DNA of 64,000 nucleotides from Lingula anatina (taxonomy: Eukaryota > Animalia > Brachiopoda), in the NCBI GenBank assembly GCA_051362555.1, contig CM120642.1:6882001-6946000 (forward strand). Direction: 5' to 3'. A program made the position numbers and the translations under genes. The notes beneath the pieces were generated by a model, which ran no database searches, was not told the origin of the DNA, and worked only from the letters and a program-made list of their open reading frames with translations. Positions 28,486 through 39,836 of this stretch are shown piece by piece. The stretch's first letter is position 1; each line of letters opens with the position of its first letter.

Positions 28486-28703
28486 ATTCATCACTTTACC
28501 AAGGGGATAAAGACGACAGTTCCCTGGGTCAGTAGCAACAAGAAGAAGGCAATCACTGAACCAGAGGACAAACTATCTGCGCCATGGAAATATAGTGAAG
28601 GACTCTGTGCTTAATGAACTGATGTCACATTATGAGGAGAGGGTAGACGCTGCGCTTGGATGCACAGAATGAGCAAAGACAAGTCTGCGACACACAAAGG
28701 AAA
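28486..28703 (+). other. Probable 5'UTR part of the LRR gene coding exon
   Basis: Pyrimidine tract and AG acceptor (ttactttgcttattatttccag|) at 28485; in-frame TAG at 28644-28646 lies upstream of ATG 28704. Confidence 0.55.
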
Positions 28704-31067
28704 ATGCCGACAACAACAGCAACAAAGCGGTTCGGGAAAATTTCTCTTTGGGTTTTTATTCACATATTGGTAGGCTGGGTTACTCAGTCTTCGACGACGT
28801 GTCCAACAAACTGCATGTGTGAAAAACGTGACACAGTTGTCAGATGTGTGAATTTACAGCTCTCCTCTATTCCGACATTGCCAACTTCGGTGCAGCGGCT
28901 GTACCTGTCAGGAAACAAGCTCCAGGTCATCCAGAACAACTCGTTTCAGAACTTAAATCAGCTGAAGTATCTGGAGCTAGAGAACAGCCAGCTGAGGAAG
29001 CTGGAGCCCAATGCTTTTAAAGGTCTGGATAACCTTCAAGTGCTCAAACTGGGACATAACAGATTGACATCGCTTCCGAGAGATTTATTTGACCCGACAC
29101 GTCTTCTTTTACACTTGGACCTCAGTTTTAACTCCTTTAGTGCAGTACCCAATGACTGCATGCACTACTTGACAAAACTCAAAGTGCTCAATGTCAGTTA
29201 TAATGAGATCACCAATCCTACCCTTGGCCCCACATTTCAGTTCACAAAACGGCTCCAGATTTTGGATTTTACTGGAAACCGCATGGAGAGACTGGATGGG
29301 AGTGTATTTCAAACCATGCTGTGGTGGGAATCCATTCCCAAGTACCTGAATCTGTCAAACTGTAATATTAAGTACATCCATGCTGACACTTTCGAGAAGC
29401 TCTACTACCTGGTGGATTTCAACTTGTCTGGAAATACTGGGATTCCCACCCCAGTCCTGCGGGATGCTCTCAAACAAATGGAAGCAGCAAGTCTGAAGAG
29501 ACTGACATTGTCATATATGAATATCTCTGCCCCGTCAGAAATCTTCAGCACCCTGCAGCTGACAGGGCTGGAGTATTTAGATCTATCCCATAATGATATC
29601 AGCTCCCTGGGCTTGAGGGGGTTCAGTTATTTGAACCACTTAAGTCAACTGGACCTCAGCTACAATCTCATTAGTGAAGTTGGCGACATGACAGGACTAT
29701 CAGATTTGAGGAAGCTGTCACTGGCACACAATCTCATCAGCAATTTGGATGATACTGTCTTTGAAAAGCTCCAAGCTTTGACAGATTTGGATCTTTCCTA
29801 TAACATGCTCCGAGAGATAACTGATGGTCCTTTCGAAGAGCTTTGGGAGTTAAAGTCTCTGGATGTCACTCGGAACTACATCCAGCGCTTTGAGATAAGT
29901 TCGTCCTTGGAGAGCCTGGAGGCCCTCAATCTGAGTGGAAATAGTCTTACAGACTTGGGCTCAATTCCCCTATTGTCTCGGCTCAATTTATTGGATGTCA
30001 GTCATAACAGGCTTCAGGCTCTCAGAGCTGATCTCTTTTCTCGGTCTAACAATTTAAAAAGTGTGAACTTCAGCAGTAATATTATTACAGAGGTATCTGC
30101 AAATACATTTACATCTCATGCACCAGATATCATCGATTTGTCCAGCAACAAAATTACTCGTTTGGAGAACTATGGCTGGACACACAAAGAAATCCACGCA
30201 TTGATGCTGAAAAACAATGGCATTCGAAGCATCTCAAATGATGCATTTGCTGGGCTGCGTTGGCTGAAGGTGTTAGACCTCAGCAAGAATTCACTCCAAG
30301 ATATCCACCCGGAGGTGTTCAAGGACCTCCAAAACTTAGAGAACTTAATTTTGAGTGATAATAACCTTGGTGGTATGCTCCAGTCGGCCAGCCAAGCATA
30401 CCTTTTCAATTATCTCCGCAGCCTCAAGACTCTTTACCTTGACGCCAATAACATTCTAGTGCTCAACAACAACTTGTTCAAAAATATCACATCTCTTTCC
30501 AGCTTGGATCTTAGTCAAAACTCTATGCAAAATATATCAGAAACTTTGCTTGAAAATTTACATTCCCTAAAATATTTAAATCTTTCTTGTAATAATTTCC
30601 GGACATTTCCTGTAGCAACTTTCAAAGAATTATCTTCACTAGAGGAGCTTGACATATCTCATAATACTTTTGCATGCAGTTGCAATTTGCTTGAACTCCG
30701 CAGCTGGATGGAAACTACAGGTGTTTCTGTAGCTTCTTTAGGCAAAATGGACGCCCATGTATGTAGTTCTCCGCCTGAGTGGAAGGGACGACCGGTGATG
30801 TATTACCGTCCATCTCCAGATATGTGTAGTGAAGTATTCAATACAATGATCATTTACATTATTGTAGCAGCCGTGTCAGTTCTCATAATCCTTGTTATCA
30901 TCATCGCGTGCGTGTGTCACAGAAAACGACGATCGCGACGACGGAACTGTCATCATCACAATCAGTATGGTATTGTTAGGGGCAGTGACAATACTGGACT
31001 GCAAGAGCCTATGAAGCCCCTCCAACAACAACAGAATGGCAAGAAAGATGGCAATGTGTGGTTATGA
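28704..31067 (+). CDS. Leucine-rich-repeat type-I transmembrane protein (TLR-like ectodomain, no TIR), 787 aa
   Basis: The ORF-track start (28656) is TTG; the first in-frame ATG is 28704. Hydrophobic signal-like N-terminus, LRRNT (CPTNCMC...VRC), ~25 LxxLxLxxN repeats, LRRCT (NTFACSC...W...C..P..WKG...C), TM (MIIYIIVAAVSVLIILVIIIACVC), basic stop-transfer RKRRSRRR, ~50-aa tail ending VWL. No introns in the CDS. Confidence 0.93.
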   Translation: MPTTTATKRFGKISLWVFIHILVGWVTQSSTTCPTNCMCEKRDTVVRCVNLQLSSIPTLPTSVQRLYLSGNKLQVIQNNSFQNLNQLKYLELENSQLRKLEPNAFKGLDNLQVLKLGHNRLTSLPRDLFDPTRLLLHLDLSFNSFSAVPNDCMHYLTKLKVLNVSYNEITNPTLGPTFQFTKRLQILDFTGNRMERLDGSVFQTMLWWESIPKYLNLSNCNIKYIHADTFEKLYYLVDFNLSGNTGIPTPVLRDALKQMEAASLKRLTLSYMNISAPSEIFSTLQLTGLEYLDLSHNDISSLGLRGFSYLNHLSQLDLSYNLISEVGDMTGLSDLRKLSLAHNLISNLDDTVFEKLQALTDLDLSYNMLREITDGPFEELWELKSLDVTRNYIQRFEISSSLESLEALNLSGNSLTDLGSIPLLSRLNLLDVSHNRLQALRADLFSRSNNLKSVNFSSNIITEVSANTFTSHAPDIIDLSSNKITRLENYGWTHKEIHALMLKNNGIRSISNDAFAGLRWLKVLDLSKNSLQDIHPEVFKDLQNLENLILSDNNLGGMLQSASQAYLFNYLRSLKTLYLDANNILVLNNNLFKNITSLSSLDLSQNSMQNISETLLENLHSLKYLNLSCNNFRTFPVATFKELSSLEELDISHNTFACSCNLLELRSWMETTGVSVASLGKMDAHVCSSPPEWKGRPVMYYRPSPDMCSEVFNTMIIYIIVAAVSVLIILVIIIACVCHRKRRSRRRNCHHHNQYGIVRGSDNTGLQEPMKPLQQQQNGKKDGNVWL

Positions 31068-34000
31068 AATCAAAATATTACATAAAAAGTACTTAAATGC
31101 TGTTTTACTCTTCTTCCTTTGCCTGTTACATGTTTTTAGCTTTTGTTTATGAAGCGCCATCATCATTGTGTCATGTTAATTATAAGCCAATTAGAGAAAG
31201 TGTCTTCAGTCACTTTGTATATATTGACCCACATATAGAAGGTTCAAGTGCCATAATATTTGAGCTAAATGATTACAGCTTTCAGTGTAAAAACCGATTA
31301 TAGACAGGAAAAGGCGTCCTCTAAAACAACCAACTTTACTGAATCAGACACGTTTTAGCTGTATCAGATACAAGCATGTCAATATTCATTTTTAGTTTTT
31401 CATTGTTTATTTCACAATTATTCACAGAAACAGAAGCGCCAGTATATAATATAAGTCTGACATAATGTTTGAAAAGATCGGCCACATTTATGACAAGTAG
31501 TTTTTATATGAACAGGTGACGAATGGTACCTGTAAAACGTTAGCTCTCTTTTATGTGATCGATTGATATGGAATATAAATATTTATATTATTGATGTGAA
31601 ATCCAAGTAATAATTAATGACTCTTTTGTTATAATGTAATATTCCCAAATAACCCATACCCCTTGGCCCCTATACTGGTCCATTCCTTGCAGCAAGTGGC
31701 CCTACATTGGCCTATCATGGCCGATTCCTTATCTGAACCTGTCACTGTTATTTGTATGGAAATACATATATTTTCAGGAAAATTTAATATGCTATTTTTG
31801 CACTGTAAGAATTTGTTCTTGCTGCCTATGAACAAATGCTGCAGCCATGAGATAAGCCAATGAGACAGAAATTTATTCAAAAATAAAATTAAGAATTGCA
31901 AATCCTCATCTCTAGCAATAATCACTTTTGTGGAAATCCGGAAAAGTCTTCCTTTTTAATTGTAAAAGGGTGTGAAGAAACTTTAATATAGATTTTTCAA
32001 TGATAAATTCACAAAAATGAAATTCGGGGGAGCTCGAGGGTTTTCCTCCATTTTCAGCAATTTTTGTTCTCATTCCTTTGAAAGTTAACAAACATCCCTC
32101 AAAAATTGCTAGCAGAGATAGTTCATGGAATGTGAACAGAGGTTTAGCCAGGAAGTACATAGGTTAATGTAATTATCGAGTAAGCTTACATTTGTCGACA
32201 AAACAGACTGCCAACATGTGAAGTAGTCCTTTGAAGACCTGACAAATCACGTTATGTTTATTATGAACTATTGCTGTGATTTTCAAAATGCCATGTAGTA
32301 GGTTGAAGACCTTTGGGCATACCAATGAAAGTTCACTGCACTTCTTATGTAGAACACTTAAGATTACTTCTGTCTGTTCAATGTTTTGCACACATTTGTA
32401 TAAAAATTTCTTTCATATTGAAAAAAGATTGTTCCCAAATACTAGTTTGAAAGATTTGATCACCAAAGATAATGAGAAATGTTTCCCAAGTTGCCCTCAT
32501 GTTATAACAATTTTCATCTTCTTGATTTTCAAGTAGGAAGATAACACCAAGTTCAACATCAACAAATGTTTTAAATAGATAATAATAATAATAATGGATC
32601 CGGAATAATTATTTAAAAAGGCTGTGAAAAGCAGCTGTCTTGAAATTTGGAACCCCCTGTACTGTGAAATACATGTACTAAGTACTATTACTACTACTAC
32701 TGCTACTATTGATAAAAGCTATACTTTAAACCTTTAGAAAGACTTCTGGGTATACCCTGAGAGTACTACTCATAATGTTTGTCAAATTACTTGATACAAG
32801 AAATCATGATAAAGACACATGGCAAAAACAGACGAAAACCATAATAAAAGCCAATTTCACAAAAAGAAAATTTGCAGAAAATTAATACATATTTTAAAAT
32901 ACTTTAAAGAGTTCAAAATTATGGCGCACATAGTTCAAATATAATACTTAATATGAAAAAATTCAAATTATTTATTTCCACAAATTCTTTCTATATACTA
33001 TTTCATCAACTATTTAAAAAAAAAATGCAGACCAAAATACCGTGACCTCAGCAGTAATACGTTAGTCTGTATTTTTCATGTGAATGTCAAATTGATTACA
33101 AATGTGAAGCATGTTTTTCATATCTGACTACAACCAACTCATAAACAAAGAGTATTTCTTTGATGTGCTTGCCAGCCCAGGGCACATCCCTAACTTTTAT
33201 GATTCATATTTAGCAGCCTGAAATATAAACTACTGTGTTAAGTCGAGCACTACAGCTTTAGTAACCAGAATGGTTGTGTGTTCTTCCTTCAAAGGACACG
33301 ATGGCAAATGTGTTTGTATAGATATATGTGAGACTTTTTTTTTCATAAAAGAACATTACATAGCTTCAATTTATTTAGCGCATTTTTGTCTATCGATTAT
33401 TATTGTTACAGTATTTTGTTTTAAGACAGAGGAGATCTACCCATAGGAGAGAACGAAAATTCTAAAAAAAATTCATGTTTTATTGGTATTATAAGCTATA
33501 CATGTATTTATCAACTGTACAGGAGTAAAGCTTTTATGTGTCAAAAAGTTGAGGGGTATTTATATCTTCATTTTTACACTGAATGGGATGGTATCAAGAT
33601 TTACATTAGAAATCTCAATGGTAATGTTTCAGAGCAGTCAGTTTTTGTATGATATTGTTCAGTGCTGACAAAAAAATATGTATGAAGAGATTCAACCTGT
33701 AATTTTTTAAAAAACATAATTGATGAAATTTGAAAACAACATGCAGGCACACTCAGATGTTCAATTATCATTGTTTCTTTCTTCATAGATGTACTAGAAA
33801 CCTACATTTTAAAGAATGTTTATGAAAATTGGAGCTATACTGTTTGGAATCTTGTTGACTAGCTTGTCTACTGTAAGACCTTAGAAAGAGTACTGGTAGG
33901 GATTGCCAATTGCATCACCTTACATCTCTAGTTGTGATCAAGTCTGAATGAGCTTTGGACAGAACTATATTTAAGTTCAAAGGGGGTAGAACTAAATTTT

Positions 34001-35690
34001 CATGAATACTCTTCAACATTTACAGATTCAATGCACCAATTTTCTCATTTTACCAGGAGTTATGTATATTATCTGAAGTGGTTTATCTGCTTGCATTTTG
34101 CACATGTATTTACCATGGGAAGTTCTTTTAACCACATGCTTTTGTCATTACGCACCATTCAACATCAGTGACCTTCATCACAAGTTGGGGATTTCTATGA
34201 AGAAAATGAATTCAATGACTGGGATTATTTGTTTGGGTGCGTCTTAGATCGATGTTAACTTTAAGGAAACAAAAACGGCCAATCAACTGCATGGACATCT
34301 GTCTGAGGACGACTACATGTGACCACTGAAGTTGCACACTAACAAAAGCATAACATTAATATTTTGGTTGTGGTTAAGGAAACTCTCATGGATTTACACT
34401 GCATATATCTAGCTTAACAATATTTGGCCTGGAATACTAGGGAGGATTATTAAGTTTGTACTTGGCAAATAAAATACAAGATTCTGGCATACTTGTATAT
34501 TTTAGTTTAAGGTACTTCTGTATAAATATTTATGCTTTGAAATCCTTTAACATGTATTTGTATATTGTGAAATACACCAAGAGTGTCTACATCCAGTATT
34601 TTGCTTCATTATATCATAATACTGTTATTTTGAAAAATGATTACTCCCACAAAAATGTTTTTTCATGCTGCAATTGCTCCACAAGCAAGGACATTTTGAT
34701 AATGGCACAGGTACTGTAGGAGCACTTCTTTCTCACGTCATATAGAGTTTTTCAAAAGCCCATCAGTACACCATTACCAATCACTTACCCTACAATTTAA
34801 TTCTCCAACTGTTCCCAGTTCTCACTGACCAGTAAATTTATAAAAATAACGTAAAATCTGAATATTTTGTGTAATAATACCCGTTTTTATACCTTCATGT
34901 TCATGACTCGCAAACATGCAGGCATTTTGCTTTATATCCACAAATAGCTCTGTTTGGTCTATTTTTAACTGGAGTATTTCAAATTCATTCATTTTTGCTA
35001 AATACCCAGTCCTGTTTTACTAGCAACCTCCTGAGGAAAAAAAAAACCATTGTACAAAAATGAGAAATGGCACAGAATCTAAATCTAAACTTTGATTCAG
35101 AGTGGAACTTTTTCCAATCAAAAGGGCGATTTGTAACCCCCACCCCATCACACCTGCCTACATGCATTATGACCTTTGTGCCTTTGTTTGTAAAATGACT
35201 CTCCAACTGTACTAGTTGACGTCTAGTCTAAAAATCTAAGAATTGTTTATCAATGAAACAAGAAATCTGAAACAAAAGCCTCTAGCTCCTTTCTCACATA
35301 AATCGATGGATGACCTGTGGCTAGTGAAAGGAGATACTTTGTACAAATGACTGAAATGGATATTTTAAGTGATTGACTAATGACTACGACCTAATTGTAA
35401 TTACTACAGGACATAATTATATTCGACAATGGAAATGCAGCAGAGGCCCAGTTTCTGAAGATTATTCAAGACAGAAAACTGGATTAGAAATGCTACACTG
35501 TGTGACCGAGCTGCATCTTAAGGCCCATTTCTATTCAGGTTGTGACAGCTTACCTTAGTTTATCCAGCCATGGTTTGGTAACACCACCTAACTTTAGACC
35601 AAAAGTTGATATTTTCTTGTGGGCCAAAAATTGTCCTACTGCTTCCAGTAAGGATCAATGTGCAGTAGTCGACTAAAGTAGAACTTTTGG

Positions 35691-36109
35691 CAGGCCCGTA
35701 GCCAGCAATTTCAAAGGGGGGGTTCTTTTTCTGAAAAAGTGGAGGCGTCCTCCGAACAATCTGAGACTAGTCGCAAGATTCTGTGTGGGATTGGAAAATC
35801 AGGTTGAGATTCAATGTCTGCGAGTAGTCTCCCGCGCCCTCCGACTGAATCGAAGGCGCCCTGCGACGATTCGTATGCTTTATGTGATCGTCTCTGACGA
35901 ATCGTACGGTGGAAATGTAGTAAATCGCCGTGTATATAAGGGCCCCCACATATACCCAGGGGGAAAAAAATTACAAGAAAAGACGCTAGCAGATATCGTC
36001 TCCGATCGCCTCCGATGCAATGCTAGGATTGTTCAAGGATTCTTTATTTTCTACGACGACCCCCGGCCAAAACTAATCCCCGACAGATCGCCGACATTGT
36101 GACTGGGCC
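35691..36109. mobile_element. Composite CpG-rich transposon remnant: CAGGCCCGTAGCCAG-MITE left end joined to another element ending tgtgactgggcc
   Basis: 35691-~35743 matches the left end of 27862-28019. The sequence then switches abruptly to CpG-dense DNA ending in a Harbinger-like terminus (reverse complement GGCCCAGTCACA). Confidence 0.55.
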
Positions 36110-38334
36110 ATCAGATGTCACAACATACATACTATTTGTTGTTGGTTAGAATACTGCTTTTGTACTAAGATGGATGTTTAAATGTAACATCTCTTCAATA
36201 TATTTGACCGGAGATATATGTTTTTGCACACCTTTACAATTTGTGAAAATGTACTTCACAAAACAGACCTATTAGTATCTACTGACTGTCAGAAAATGTT
36301 CATCAAAAAATACAAAAATTAAAAACAATCCTACCAATCACCACTTTAATTCACATCGTAACACTTATCATGACACTTCATTTTTATCAAAATCACAACA
36401 TTCTATCCATGAGACAAGAAACATGTCTCCATACCTCCGTCAATACCCACAACACATGAAAAATAAATGGCCACAGACAGTATCGGTACTTTCTTTTAAT
36501 AAAGTGAACAGTAAGAAATAAAACCCTTTTCATGAAAAGGATAAATAACATCACAATATCTATATATTTTATTAAACTATCACACCTGGGTGCTTCACAT
36601 GACTGACCAAATAATGGACAATTGCTGAGCCCTCTAGGAAAAGAATAAACGTTGTTTTGTGAGTGGAAAGACATCAAGTCTAGTAAACATCCATTGATCC
36701 ATCAGCAGGTGCAGCTGCACGGAGCGCCTGTGGTCATTCCACCGACTGACCAACTGGTCGAGATGGCCAATTACAATGATGTGGAATGACAGATTGATGT
36801 CTTCCTCAATGTCTGGTTGCGTTGTGAGGAGAGGAAATGTTTTCAAAGGTGGACAATGGTGGTGACGCAGTGCACTTTTATCTAAAAATCAAGCCCTTGT
36901 ATTTTTTATTCGTTTTCAACTGTCAATATTCACTGGTGTATTAATGACTTCCATCTCATTTATGCAGCTTTTATCTTTTTTCTTTTCTCTTTGATTTTTT
37001 TCACTTTCTTATTTTCTTTCTACCAATGCAGCATGCATGCACAACAAAAGCAAAACAAGTCATACATTATTCTAGGCTTCATTCATCAATATTAAGTTTC
37101 AATGACAGCGTGTTTTATCAGTTACAATAAGCCATTTTTTATTTCATTCACCTCGTCTTTATTTTCCCCTCGTTTCATTTTCTTTCTTTCATCTTTCCTT
37201 CCACCAATCCAAATATCAAAACACCATACAAATTATCCTATACATTTTGTATTACAAATCACAAATTCTATCCATGAGAGTCTGACTCACTTTACGATCT
37301 CATGTGACTTAACAATTCACATGGCTGTTCCCTGTGAACCCTTTGCGTGTTCTGATCTTGGGGAGGTAATCAAGCATGTGGACATGAAGACTTTCTTGAT
37401 GTTTGACACTTAAAAAACAATGAAGACGCTTCATGCTTCACTGCATTATCACAAGACTAAAATCCAAGGAGAATATGAATCGATTCCCATAGCCATGCAA
37501 CTTAATCTAAGCTGCCGTGTTTTATGAACATCAAAATTTGCAGCTGCAATAAAAAAAAGTTATTCCAACGTGTGCCAGGCTACAAGTCGACATATTGTGT
37601 TCCCTGGACTCTTAATCATAGAAAAAAATATGACATACTCTTCGTGTGACACATTTATTCTCTTCTACACGGCATGTTCTCATGCACAAGGAGGAAAAAT
37701 TGAATGAAAACAAAGGACAGTAAGAGAATGATTCATTTCTAATATAAACCTGTGTTTTCACAAACCCTTTAAAACATTGAATTCCACCTATTTCAGTTTT
37801 TTTTAGATAAGTTTAATCTGTGACTTGAAAATTCCAATGGCAAATCAAAGATTTTACTAAAACGGCAGAGAGGATTTTTCTTTCTTTTTTTTTTTTTTTT
37901 TTTTGTTTTTGCATTGATTTAATAGGCATGTTTGCACATACAATATTGTTTAAAAAACCAGAGTACACCCACCCATTGTAGACCCCTTTGGGTCTTATTA
38001 TGGACTTAAAAAGGAAGAAAAGCAGTTATGTCCCAATGTTATCAATATTAACATCAGATTCTTCATAAATTATCAAGCAAAGTGTGTTTTCAGAAAATAA
38101 GAAATGTCATTTTTTTTTTCAAAAGAGAGAATTGAATAAGTCCAGCAAGGGTAACTGTCATTATTTTTTACTCTCAATAGCTGACATCAGCACAAGTTTT
38201 TAAAAGATGACATACATAACTCAAGCTTTCCAGAAGCATAAAGCAGCTGCTCTAAAGATCATACAACATCCCTCTGTTAAAATTTACCTTTATAATATAT
38301 ACCACTGTCATATACCTACTGACATAACCATATG

Positions 38335-38501
38335 TCATGTGCCGTCATCAGTCACTTTAATATGATAATAATTTTGTTCTTCCGCAGAAATTCTTGCTGG
38401 AGCATCACTCATGATGTCTCTTCCTACAGAAGTCTTGGGAAAAGCGATCACATCACGAATACTGTTGGCCTGACATGCAATTGCAACCAGTCTGTCCAAA
38501 C
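38335..38501 (-). CDS. DARS2: Mitochondrial aspartyl-tRNA synthetase, last coding exon
   Basis: ctctacag| then (G)LDRLVAIACQANSIRDVIAFPKTSVGRDIMSDAPARISAEEQNYYHIKVTDDGT-TGA: motif 3 GLDR and IRDVIAFPK of bacterial-type AspRS. Confidence 0.95.
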
Positions 38502-38789
38502 CTGTAGAGACAGTAATTAATTATACACTGAGGAAGATTTAAATGAGATCACTGTTCTATGTTCAAAAGATACAAATTGCTCTAAGTGAATTGTTCAACT
38601 AATGTAAATTTCTTACAAAAAGTTAATAAATGAATTAATATTAAGTAAAATATTTAAAACATTAATACAAAATATGAATCAACCCTCTGACCGATTCATT
38701 TCAATGTTATATAAATACAAAAAAATCAGGACTGGAAAATGTTTTCCTGTTGTCATACTACCATTGCCTCATTGTACTATACCTATGCG

Positions 38790-39796
38790 TAAACACCCTG
38801 AATAACAAGACTACCTAAAGTTATACCCCCCCCCTCCATGTGGTAGATGTTCTGGGTAACAAGCTTACCTAGTGCTACACCCCCATGTGGTGGATACCCA
38901 GAGTTACAAGCTTACCTAGTGCTATACTTCCATGTGTTAGACGCCCTGAGTAACAAGACTACCTAGTGCTATATCTCCATGAGGTGGACACCCTGAGTAA
39001 CAAGTTTACGTAGTGCTATACCCCCATGTGGTGGACACCCTGAATAACAAACTTACCTAGTGCTACACCTCCATGTGGTGGACACCCTGAGTAACAAGCT
39101 TACCTAGTGCTATACCCCCTGTGGTGGACACCCTGAGTAACAAGTTTACCTAGTGCTATACCCCCATGTGGTGGACACCCTGAGTAACAAGTTTACCTAG
39201 TGCTACACCCCCATGTGGTGGACACCCTGAGTAACAAGTTTACCTAGTGCTACACCTCCATGTGGTGGGCATCCCGAGTAACAAGCTTACCTAGTGCTAC
39301 ACCCCCATGTGGTGGACACCCTGAGTAACAAGTTTACCTAGTGCTACACTTCCATATGGTGGGCATCCTGAGTAACAAGCTTACCTAGTGCTACACCCTC
39401 ATGTGGTGGAGACCCTGAGTAACAAGCTTACCTAGTGCTACACCCTCATGTGGTGGACACCCTGAGTAACAAGTTTACCTAGTGCTACACCCTCATGTGG
39501 TGTACACCCTGAGTAACAAGCTTACCTAGTGCTACACCTCCATGTGGTGGGCATCCTCAGTAACAAGCTTACCTAGTGCTACACCCTCATGTGGTGGACA
39601 CCCTGAGTAACAAGTTTACCTAGTGCTATACCCCCATGAGGTTGACACCCTGAATAACAAGCTTACCTAGTGCTATACCCCCATGTGGTGTACACCCTGA
39701 GTAACAAACTTACCTAGTGCTATACCCCCATGTGGTGGACACCCTGAATAACAAGCTTACCTAGTGCTATACCTCCATGTGGTGGGCATCCTGAGT
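38790..39796 (-). repeat. 47-bp minisatellite, ~21 copies, derived from a DARS2 exon end plus splice donor
   Basis: Plus-strand unit gacaccctgagtaacaag(c/t)ttacctagtgcta(c/t)acccccatgtggtg. tacctag-type cores recur at ~47-bp spacing from 38812 to 39758; the last unit overlaps exon 39761-39836. Confidence 0.97.
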
Positions 39797-39836
39797 CTAA
39801 TGCCTGAAGTAAGTGATTAAGCTGGCTGGAATCCTC
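39761..39836 (-). CDS. DARS2: DARS2 exon (76 bp)
   Basis: cattgcag| [25 protein letters not shown](G) |gtaagc; reading phase joins both neighbours. Confidence 0.95.

Noticed and set aside
28656-28703. ORF-track N-terminal extension MDAQNEQ...
   Set aside because: It begins at TTG; in a eukaryote the first in-frame ATG (28704) precedes the signal-like segment.
29109-30409. Antisense ORFs within the LRR CDS
   Set aside because: Short shadow ORFs of a real coding sequence.
36634-36880. GC-richer minus-strand ORF as an additional DARS2 exon
   Set aside because: DARS2 already terminates at 38335 with a complete C-terminus, and no frame here resembles a known protein.
38790-39796. CRISPR array
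   Set aside because: Units are head-to-tail with no unique spacers, there are no cas genes, the context is eukaryotic, and the unit is explained by a DARS2 exon junction.
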